From an uncultured Pedobacter sp. (lineage in GTDB: Bacteria; Bacteroidota; Bacteroidia; Sphingobacteriales; Sphingobacteriaceae): a DNA stretch of 64,000 nucleotides. Both the position numbers and the translations under genes were made by a program. The stretch's first letter is position 1. Each line of letters begins with the position of its first letter. Of this stretch, positions 56,718 to 64,000 are shown one piece after another. Under the pieces are notes generated by a model that saw only the letters and a program-made list of their open reading frames with translations, was not told the origin of the DNA and did no database searches. The DNA lies in contig CAZQFF010000002.1 of NCBI GenBank assembly GCA_964592575.1, positions 75,460 through 139,459 on the forward strand, written 5' to 3'.

Positions 56718-57065
56718 ATGAAAGTAATTGCAGAAATTTTATTAATGGGACTAGCCATGCTGATTGGTTGCTATGTAAGCCCAGGAGTAAGTGTGGATGG
56801 ATATGGCTCAGCCTTAATCGCCGCTATTCTAATTGCCATCGTGAATGCAACATTAGGCACTATCCTAAGACTATTCACCTTCCCTTTAAACTTCCTAACC
56901 CTAGGCCTGATGTCATTTATCATTAGTGTATTAATGATTTTATTAGTAGACAATATGATGGAGGGCTTTCATACCTCAGGCTTTATTTCGGCTGCCATTT
57001 TAGCCATTGTTTTAACCATAGTTAAAATCATCTTAAATGCACTTTTTGGCCCAAGTAAACATTAA
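56718..57065 (+). CDS. 4-TM 'phage holin family' (YvlD-like) membrane protein
   Basis: PGVSVDGYGSALIAA..VNA..ILRLFTFPLNFLTLGL. Confidence 0.8.
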   Translation: MKVIAEILLMGLAMLIGCYVSPGVSVDGYGSALIAAILIAIVNATLGTILRLFTFPLNFLTLGLMSFIISVLMILLVDNMMEGFHTSGFISAAILAIVLTIVKIILNALFGPSKH

Positions 57066-57093
57066 CATAGTATTTATGTAAAGCATATTATTT

Positions 57094-57126
57094 AAAAGCA
57101 GGCAAAATAAATGCCTGCTTTTTTTT
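57094..57126 (+). terminator. Intrinsic terminator
   Basis: aaaagcaggca-aaataaa-tgcctgc plus U tract. Confidence 0.85.
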
Positions 57127-57184
57127 GTTTTTATCGCTTTAATTCATTATACTTTAGGAATTTACACTAACCAAACCTTAACGT

Positions 57185-57545
57185 CTGAAACTAAAAACCT
57201 TCCTTTTAACATGCACCTGCCTCTGTCTATTTCTAACCTTCCAACTAAAGCTTTTCAAGAAGCAGAACCTATCATTAAAGCCGGTACCGTAAAATTTCAT
57301 GGTCAAATCAAATCGCCCCGAGACTTTGCAAAAGATAGTATTCATATCATAGTGACTGTGCCCCTCCCAATAACGGGTACAGAAAAAGTATATAAAACTT
57401 TAACCCAACCAGACGGTAAATTTTCATTGGATATCGCCGTAGAACTCCTTACAACCTCCACAACTATTGTTATAGAAACTGATCAAGTTCAATATCTCTA
57501 TTTCAAGCTCACTTCTGGTATGCCTAATGAATTCAATTTAACACA
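57185..57545 (+). pseudogene. Frameshifted, 3'-truncated remnant of an exported-protein gene
   Basis: Signal-peptide-like (CTG)KLKTFLLTCTCLCLFLTFQ from 57185 joins the 57211 frame by a -1 shift at ~57244; the frame then runs into another gene's terminator. Confidence 0.55.
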
Positions 57546-57583
57546 AAAAAAGGCGGGGGCTTCTTTTCAGAAGCCCCCGCCTT
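57545..57583 (-). terminator. Intrinsic terminator of the acyl-CoA dehydrogenase gene
   Basis: 15-bp stem aaggcgggggcttct/agaagcccccgcctt, U tract on the minus strand. Confidence 0.9.
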
Positions 57584-57608
57584 CATATATTGAAAAACTC
57601 TAATTCAA

Positions 57609-58754
57609 TTAAGATCCCGCTAAAATAGAACGGCTAATTACCATTTTCTGAATCTCTGAAGTACCCTCATAAATCTGAGTAATCTTAGCATCACGCATTA
57701 AACGCTCTACATGATATTCCTTCACAAAGCCATAACCACCATGGATTTGAACCGCCTCAATGGTTACATCCATCGCTGTTTTAGAAGCGAATAATTTAGC
57801 CATAGCTGCCGCCTCTGTATAAGATTTACCTTGATCTTTTAACCAAGCCGCTTTATAAACTAACATACGAGCCGCTTCAATTTGCGTAGCCATATCCGCT
57901 AATTTAAAAGCAATAGCTTGATGCTCAGAAATTGGTTTTCCAAACGACTTTCTTTCTTTTGAATAAGCTAAGGCTAATTCATATGCTCCAGCGGCAATAC
58001 CTAAAGCCTGAGCAGCAATTCCGATACGACCACCTTCTAAGGTTTTCATGGCAAATTTGAACCCAAAACCTTCTTCTCCTATTCTATTTTCTTTAGGAAC
58101 CTTCACATCGTTAAACATCAAACTATGTGTGTCAGAACCTCTAATACCTAATTTATTTTCTTTTGGTCCAATCGTAAAACCTTCCATACCCTTTTCTACG
58201 ATAAAGGCATTGATTCCACGATGTCTTAATGACTTATCTGTTTGAGCAATCACTAAATAGGTACTTGCCGAGCTACCATTGGTAATCCAGTTTTTAGTTC
58301 CATTTAACAAATAATAGTCGCCTTTATCTTCAGCCGTAGTTTGCTGAAATGTAGCGTCTGATCCAGCTTCTGGTTCAGATAAACAAAAGGCCCCAATTTT
58401 CTCCCCGCTAGCCAAAGGCTTTAAATATTTTTCTTTTTGAGCCTCTGTACCATAAGCCTCTAAACCATAACATACTAATGAGTTATTCACTGAAACGACC
58501 ACAGAAGCCGAAGCATCTACTTTGGATAACTCTTCCATCACAAGCGCATAAGAAACTGAATCTAAACCACTTCCATTATAAGCAGGATCCACCATCATTC
58601 CTAAAAATCCAAGCTCCCCAAGTTTTTTAATTTGTTCTGCAGGAAACTTTTGGTGCTCATCTCTTTCTATAACACCCGGTTTTAATTCATTTTGCGCAAA
58701 ATCTCTTGCTGCTTGTTGAATCATTAACTGTTCTTCAGTAAGCTCAAATACCAT
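57609..58754 (-). CDS. Acyl-CoA dehydrogenase (short/branched-chain type)
   Basis: FCLSEPEAGSDA, LNGTKNWITNG, KLGIRGS, GRIGIAAQALG, IYEGTSEIQ; -7 box at 58779-58786. Confidence 0.93.
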   Translation of the reverse strand: MVFELTEEQLMIQQAARDFAQNELKPGVIERDEHQKFPAEQIKKLGELGFLGMMVDPAYNGSGLDSVSYALVMEELSKVDASASVVVSVNNSLVCYGLEAYGTEAQKEKYLKPLASGEKIGAFCLSEPEAGSDATFQQTTAEDKGDYYLLNGTKNWITNGSSASTYLVIAQTDKSLRHRGINAFIVEKGMEGFTIGPKENKLGIRGSDTHSLMFNDVKVPKENRIGEEGFGFKFAMKTLEGGRIGIAAQALGIAAGAYELALAYSKERKSFGKPISEHQAIAFKLADMATQIEAARMLVYKAAWLKDQGKSYTEAAAMAKLFASKTAMDVTIEAVQIHGGYGFVKEYHVERLMRDAKITQIYEGTSEIQKMVISRSILAGS

Positions 58755-58871
58755 ATTTATATTTTATTAAAGGTTAGACAAAGTTAAATAAAATTGAAAT
58801 TATTATGGCTGCATAGTAATTTACATCAAAAATATGACATAAAACAAAAGCAAACATTATATAAACTCTAA

Positions 58872-59219
58872 TTATAATAGCTTATTGTTATCGTCAGGAA
58901 AAACCAAAATAGGCTTATACAGTTTGGCTTGCTCGATAGGCAAGGAGCCATAAGACATGATGATTAGAATATCACCCACTTGAACCTTTCTTGCTGTAGC
59001 CCCATTTAAACAAACTATACCTGTTCCTCTTTCTCCCTTAATCACATAAGTTTCAAAACGTTCCCCATTATTGTTATTCACAATTTGAACTTTTTCGTTT
59101 GGAATAATTTGAGCGGCATCCATTAAATCTTCATCAATCGTGATGCTACCCACATAATTTAATTCCGCTTGGGTTACTTTTACCCTATGTATTTTAGACT
59201 TTAAAATCTCAATGATCAT
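58872..59219 (-). CDS. panD: Aspartate 1-decarboxylase
   Basis: [14 protein letters not shown] (G-S self-cleavage), RFETY, NGATAR. Confidence 0.96.
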   Translation of the reverse strand: MIIEILKSKIHRVKVTQAELNYVGSITIDEDLMDAAQIIPNEKVQIVNNNNGERFETYVIKGERGTGIVCLNGATARKVQVGDILIIMSYGSLPIEQAKLYKPILVFPDDNNKLL

Positions 59220-59242
59220 GGCACAAAGTTAAGAAAAAGTAT

Positions 59243-60091
59243 TTAGCCGATTAGCATATTGTCAATCAATCGTGTAGAACCCACTTTTGCCGCCACTAAA
59301 GCGATAGCTTGTGCTGGTGATTTTTGCTCCAATTTCAATAAACTATTTGGATCAGCGATCACAAAATAATCCAATTCAACGCCTGGTGTATTTTTAATCA
59401 TGGCTATCGCTTGGGCTTCTAGTTCATCTAAAGAGAGGGTTCTGTAATTAAGCGCAACAAAATTTAGCGCTTCATGTAAAACTAAAGCATGTACTCTATC
59501 TAAATCAGACAAGTGAATATTTCTAGAGCTCATAGCTAAGCCGTCTTGTTCCCGAATAATAGGACACATCACAATTTTCACGCTTAGATTCAAAGCAGAA
59601 ACCATATTGCGAATCATCATTACTTGCTGAAAATCCTTTTGGCCAAAATAGGCATAATCAGGCTTAACAGCATCAAATAGTTTCTTAACGATTTGCGTTA
59701 CACCTTGATAATGTCCCCTTCTAAACTCGCCTTCCAATAAAAACTCCGCAGGGCCCAAATCAATCGCCCAATTTTCACTCTTTGGAAAATATGGATACAT
59801 CTCATTAACCGATGGCATAAAAACCACATCACAGCCCACCTCTTTCAGCATCTGAATATCATGCTCCAAGGGCCTTGGATACTTCTCTAAATCCTTGGGG
59901 TCCGTAAACTGCGTTGGATTAACAAAAATACTGCAAACAACGATATCCGCTTCTTTTTGAGCTATTTGAATTAAAGAGATATGCCCTTTATGTAATGCGC
60001 CCATGGTTGGCACTAAAGCAAGTTTAGCATCCCGCTGGCTTGATTGATTTAAGACTTCTTGAAGAGCCTTTTGTGTATGTATGATTTCCAA
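59243..60091 (-). CDS. panC: Pantoate--beta-alanine ligase
   Basis: PTMGALHKGH, SIFVNPTQF, FGQKDFQQ, LAMSSRN, RLIDN. Confidence 0.96.
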   Translation of the reverse strand: MEIIHTQKALQEVLNQSSQRDAKLALVPTMGALHKGHISLIQIAQKEADIVVCSIFVNPTQFTDPKDLEKYPRPLEHDIQMLKEVGCDVVFMPSVNEMYPYFPKSENWAIDLGPAEFLLEGEFRRGHYQGVTQIVKKLFDAVKPDYAYFGQKDFQQVMMIRNMVSALNLSVKIVMCPIIREQDGLAMSSRNIHLSDLDRVHALVLHEALNFVALNYRTLSLDELEAQAIAMIKNTPGVELDYFVIADPNSLLKLEQKSPAQAIALVAAKVGSTRLIDNMLIG

Positions 60092-60186
60092 AATAGGGTT
60101 ACACTAATTTTCGCACCAAAGTTGGGGATTTCTACCTAAAGCACCAAGCCTCAACGACAATAATTGATAATTATTAATATTATTCG

Positions 60187-60194
60187 TACCTTTG
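60187..60194 (+). promoter_or_regulatory. -7 box TACCTTTG for the GT5-like/DUF4270/glmS operon
   Basis: TAnnTTTG match. Confidence 0.55.
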
Positions 60195-60232
60195 CGCCTT
60201 GGAAATCTTTAAATTAACATAATTTAATCAAT

Positions 60233-61063
60233 ATGGAGATGGCAAAAACGAAGCTATTGATTGTTACACACGAGATGTCGCCTTTCCTCGAATTAACAAA
60301 CATAGCAGAAATAACACGTAACCTTCCTCAAGCAATGCAAGACAAAGGATTTGAGATCCGAATCTTGATGCCTAGATTTGGCAATATAAACGAGAGAAGA
60401 AATCGTTTACATGAGGTTATTCGTTTATCAGGTATGAATATTATCATTGATGAGAACGACAACCCGCTTATTATCAAGGTTGCTTCCATCCCTTCTGCTC
60501 GTATGCAAGTTTATTTCTTAGATAATGAAGATTATTTTCAACGTAAATCTGCATTTAGAGACAAGGAAAATAAATTTTTTGCAGACAATGATGAAAGAAG
60601 CATTTTCTTTTGCAAAGGCGCGCTTGAAACCGTTAAAAAATTAGGATGGGCACCAGATGTGGTACATTGCCATGGCTGGATGACTGCTTTAGTCCCAACA
60701 TATATCAAAACTTCTTACAAAAACGATCCTACATTTAAAAATTCAAAAGTGGTTTACTCTATTTACGAAAACTGCTTTAGTGAGAAATTAAATGAGAAAA
60801 TCGCACAAAAAGCTATCATGCAAGGGATGAGCGAAGAAGATACGGCTTTGTTTAAAAATGCCGACTGCAATAGCATGCACATCGGTGCCGTTCAATATGC
60901 TGATGCTGTCGTAATTGGATCAGAAAATGTAAATGAAGATGTGTTAAAATTTGTTAAAGATTCGAATAAACCAACTTTAGCATTTAATTTAACCGAAGAT
61001 TTCGAGAATTACTTCAGTTTTTATGAAGAAATTCAGAAAGAAGAATTGATATCAGTTGCCTAG
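60233..61063 (+). CDS. Glycogen/starch synthase N-terminal (GT5) domain-only protein
   Basis: VTHEMSP, IRILMPRF, VYFLDNEDYF, PDVVHCHGW; no KTGGL, no C-terminal GT-B domain. Confidence 0.8.
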   Translation: MEMAKTKLLIVTHEMSPFLELTNIAEITRNLPQAMQDKGFEIRILMPRFGNINERRNRLHEVIRLSGMNIIIDENDNPLIIKVASIPSARMQVYFLDNEDYFQRKSAFRDKENKFFADNDERSIFFCKGALETVKKLGWAPDVVHCHGWMTALVPTYIKTSYKNDPTFKNSKVVYSIYENCFSEKLNEKIAQKAIMQGMSEEDTALFKNADCNSMHIGAVQYADAVVIGSENVNEDVLKFVKDSNKPTLAFNLTEDFENYFSFYEEIQKEELISVA

Positions 61064-61082
61064 ATTAGTTTATTAACACTAT

Positions 61083-62495
61083 ATGAAATTTAACAAAATA
61101 GACTTATTAACCTTGTTGATAAGTCTTTTTATTTTAACAGGTTGTGAAAAATCCTTAACCTTAGGATTAGAGATAGATCCAGAAAGTGCGATTGAAGGCA
61201 CCTTTGTGGATACCATTACGATTCAATCTCGTACCATACTTGAAGAAACAAGTTCTACCAACGGTATTAACAGACATCCCCTTGGATATATGCAAGATCC
61301 TATCTTCGGGACAACTGAATCCAATATTGCCGTTGCCTTGGGCTTACCAGGCAATCCATTTAGTTTTGGAACAGAGCCCGTAGTCGATTCAGCCGTTTTG
61401 ATTCTACCTTACAGCTCAGAATTTTATGGTGACTCTACCTTAACCTACAGTTTTGATGTACATCAGCTAAAAGAAAACATCGCCTTGGGTGAAAAGTTCC
61501 CAGCGAATGCGAACTATGCACACGAAACTACTGTTATTGGATCTAAAACGGGTCGTGTTTATCCAAACAGTAGAGTATTCATTACGCAACCTATTAATTC
61601 TGCACCCGATACCATAGCCAATTTAGTCCCACAAATGCGTATTCGTTTAGACAATAACTTTGTATCGACCAAAATCGTTAATGCAGGAGCAGAGGTATTG
61701 AAAAACGATTTTAACTTTAGTGAGGCCTTCAAAGGTTTATATATTAAAGTTAACAAAGCTAAAACAAGCGGTCAAGGTGGAATTACCTATTTAAATCTAA
61801 GTGAAGCTGGAGCTTATTTAACGGTTTACTATAAAACAAAAAACCCAAACAATACGCCTGTTTCTATTGATACACTTCAAGCCCTATTCCCAGTTGGAAC
61901 AACTTCGAGAGTAGCGGTAGCTAGTATCAAACACGATTATTCAGGTACAGTTATTGAAGAGCAATTAAACAAACCAAACCAACAATTTGAAAAAACATAT
62001 ATTCAAGGAACTGGGGGTTTAAGAAATAAGATATCCTTCCCTTATTTAAATAAGTTTAAACAAGAGGCCGGTAAAATTGTCGTAAATAAAGCTGAACTTG
62101 TCATTGACCTTGAACCAGGCACTAATTTAATGCCTTTTGAAGCGGCTCAACGTTTATCTTTATATCGTTATGATATTGCCAATCAAAGAAAAAATGTACC
62201 AGATAACGATCCTTATGGAGACGGAAGAGGTTCTACCGACCCTCAAGTATTTGGTGGCTATTTCAATGCAGTAAAAAACCAATATGTATTTGTAATTACC
62301 AATTACATTCAAGATTTAATCAGTGGCACCAAAGAAGATTATGGAACCTTCATTGGCCCAAGTCCATTGAATCAATTCATGCTAAATCCAGCCTACAATA
62401 CCGCTGCGCGCTCTATTCTAAGAGCTCAAAACAAAACTACTGGAAATCAAACCGGTACAATCAAATTAAATTTATACTACACGAAGATAGATTAG
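61083..62495 (+). CDS. DUF4270-like lipoprotein
   Basis: Lipobox LTGC; LGYMQDPIFGTT, VDSAVLILPY, FKGLYIK; located between the GT5-like gene and glmS. Confidence 0.7.
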   Translation: MKFNKIDLLTLLISLFILTGCEKSLTLGLEIDPESAIEGTFVDTITIQSRTILEETSSTNGINRHPLGYMQDPIFGTTESNIAVALGLPGNPFSFGTEPVVDSAVLILPYSSEFYGDSTLTYSFDVHQLKENIALGEKFPANANYAHETTVIGSKTGRVYPNSRVFITQPINSAPDTIANLVPQMRIRLDNNFVSTKIVNAGAEVLKNDFNFSEAFKGLYIKVNKAKTSGQGGITYLNLSEAGAYLTVYYKTKNPNNTPVSIDTLQALFPVGTTSRVAVASIKHDYSGTVIEEQLNKPNQQFEKTYIQGTGGLRNKISFPYLNKFKQEAGKIVVNKAELVIDLEPGTNLMPFEAAQRLSLYRYDIANQRKNVPDNDPYGDGRGSTDPQVFGGYFNAVKNQYVFVITNYIQDLISGTKEDYGTFIGPSPLNQFMLNPAYNTAARSILRAQNKTTGNQTGTIKLNLYYTKID

Positions 62496-62505
62496 TAGAA
62501 TATTC

Positions 62506-62529
62506 TCCCGAAAATAATTATTTTCGGGA
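62506..62529. repeat. Perfect 24-bp palindrome TCCCGAAAATAATTATTTTCGGGA
   Basis: Read directly; in the 55-nt spacer before glmS. Confidence 0.85.
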
Positions 62530-62550
62530 AAATTAAATATATATCTAACT

Positions 62551-64000
62551 ATGTGTGGAATTGTAGGTTACATTGGATTTCGAGAGGCTTGGCCAATCGT
62601 TATTAAAGGGTTAAAACGTCTCGAATATCGAGGTTATGATAGTGCTGGAGTGGCACTACTCGATCATGGAGAACTTAACATTTATAAAAAAGCAGGCAAA
62701 GTAGCAGACCTAGAAGAGTCTGTGAAAGGCAAAAATCTAGCAGGGACAATCGGAATGGGACATACCCGTTGGGCCACCCATGGTCCACCATCCGACAAAA
62801 ACTCTCACCCTCATACTTCTCATTTAGGCAAACTAGCCATCATACACAATGGGATTATAGAAAATTACGCAACACTTAAAGAAGAATTAAGCAGTCGCGG
62901 CCATGAATTTAAAAGTGATACCGATACAGAAGTTTTAATTCATCTAATCGAAGATGTTTACAAAAACGAAGGCATTGATTTACTGGAGGCCGTACGCTTA
63001 GCTTTACATAAAGTAAATGGCGCTTATGCTATTGTGGTTATGAACGAGGATCACCCGGATCAACTCATCGCAGCCAGAAAGGGTAGCCCTATGGTAATTG
63101 GTGTTGGAAAAGGCGAGTATTTTATCGCTTCTGATGCTACGCCAATCATTGAGTACACCAAAAACGTAATTTATCTAAACGATAATGAAATTGCTTTCCT
63201 AAAAAGAGATGAGTTATTGGTTAAGCGATTGGACAATATTGTTCAAACCCCTTACATCCAAGAGCTTGAACTCAAATTAGAAATGCTAGAAAAAGGTGGT
63301 TATGACCACTTTATGCTCAAAGAAATCAATGAGCAACCTCGCTCTATCAGAGATTGTATGCGGGGACGTATTTATCCTGAACAAGGCTTAGTACAATTAG
63401 GCGGCATAAAAGAATATGCGGATAAGTTGAAAAACATAGATCGCATAATCATTGTGGCATGCGGCACCTCTTGGCATGCTGGCTTAGTAGGAGAATATCT
63501 GATTGAAGAATTTGCACGTATACCAGTAGAAGTAGAGTATGCTTCAGAATTCCGTTACAGAAACCCAATCATCAGTGAAAAGGATGTGGTTATTGCCATC
63601 TCACAATCGGGAGAAACTGCCGACACTATGGCCGCTATTGAAATGGCGAAAGAAAAGGGAGCCACCATTTTTGGGGTATGTAATGTCGTAGGGGCATCTA
63701 TCCCCAGAATTACGCATGCAGGTGTTTATACACATGCTGGACCAGAAATTGGGGTAGCCTCTACCAAAGCCTTCACCGCTCAGGTAACCGTATTAACTTT
63801 AATGGCCTTTTATATGGCTCAACAAAAAGGCACCTTAAGCAATTCTAAACTGATTGAATTATTAACGGAATTAGATTGCATTCCTGATAAAATTCAAAAG
63901 GCCTTGGCCTCCAATGATTATATCAAAGAAATTTCAGAAAAGTTTAAAGATGCCCGTAATGCCATATTCTTAGGCAGAGGAAGTGGTTTCCCCGTGGCTT
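62551..64000 (+). CDS. glmS: Glutamine--fructose-6-phosphate transaminase, 3'-partial (absent from ORF track)
   Basis: MCGIVGYIG, LEYRGYDSAG, GHTRWATHG, HNGIIEN, SDTDTEV, ACGTSWHAG, SQSGETADT. Confidence 0.97.
   Translation, partial: MCGIVGYIGFREAWPIVIKGLKRLEYRGYDSAGVALLDHGELNIYKKAGKVADLEESVKGKNLAGTIGMGHTRWATHGPPSDKNSHPHTSHLGKLAIIHNGIIENYATLKEELSSRGHEFKSDTDTEVLIHLIEDVYKNEGIDLLEAVRLALHKVNGAYAIVVMNEDHPDQLIAARKGSPMVIGVGKGEYFIASDATPIIEYTKNVIYLNDNEIAFLKRDELLVKRLDNIVQTPYIQELELKLEMLEKGGYDHFMLKEINEQPRSIRDCMRGRIYPEQGLVQLGGIKEYADKLKNIDRIIIVACGTSWHAGLVGEYLIEEFARIPVEVEYASEFRYRNPIISEKDVVIAISQSGETADTMAAIEMAKEKGATIFGVCNVVGASIPRITHAGVYTHAGPEIGVASTKAFTAQVTVLTLMAFYMAQQKGTLSNSKLIELLTELDCIPDKIQKALASNDYIKEISEKFKDARNAIFLGRGSGFPVA

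Noticed and set aside
56718-57065. 'Phage holin' as evidence of a prophage
   Set aside because: YvlD-type 4-TM proteins are common chromosomal genes; no integrase, capsid, terminase or endolysin nearby
1-64000. tRNA, rRNA, riboswitch, IS or integrase
   Set aside because: No T-loop/cloverleaf, rRNA-like tract, recognisable riboswitch core or transposase motif seen by eye; a tRNAscan/Infernal run would be decisive

Overview
Bacteroidota chromosomal window, AT-rich and most like Sphingobacteriaceae/Pedobacter (inferred from gene content, T9SS cargo and the many TAnnTTTG -7 promoter boxes). It holds about 54 CDSs, mostly housekeeping: hisS, pdhA/pdhC, prc, fumC, recG, rimP-nusA-infB, panC/panD, hutH/hutU, rarA, and glmS (partial, missing from the ORF track). 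I found no tRNA, rRNA, CRISPR array, transposase or integrase. Main points of interest: (1) a His/Cys-rich upstream ORF ending in RGPP in front of a His-loop TonB-dependent transporter, a candidate metal-sensing ribosome-arrest leader; (2) a 1928-aa T9SS protein made of 20 Ig-like repeats with no recognisable tip domain, paired with an Fn3-like lipoprotein; (3) an NlpC/P60 + Prc + exported TPR protein + TPR-sensor two-component cluster resembling MepS-Prc-NlpI; (4) a half glycogen synthase lacking KTGGL, in an operon with a DUF4270-like lipoprotein and glmS; (5) readable cis-elements: a YtrA-type operator, a Pho-box-like repeat, a NarL-like 7-2-7 site, an RpoN-like motif shared by both OmpA genes, a rimP attenuator and probable leaderless genes; (6) a frameshifted, truncated pseudogene near 57.2 kb. 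All family names come from motif recognition; no database search was run.
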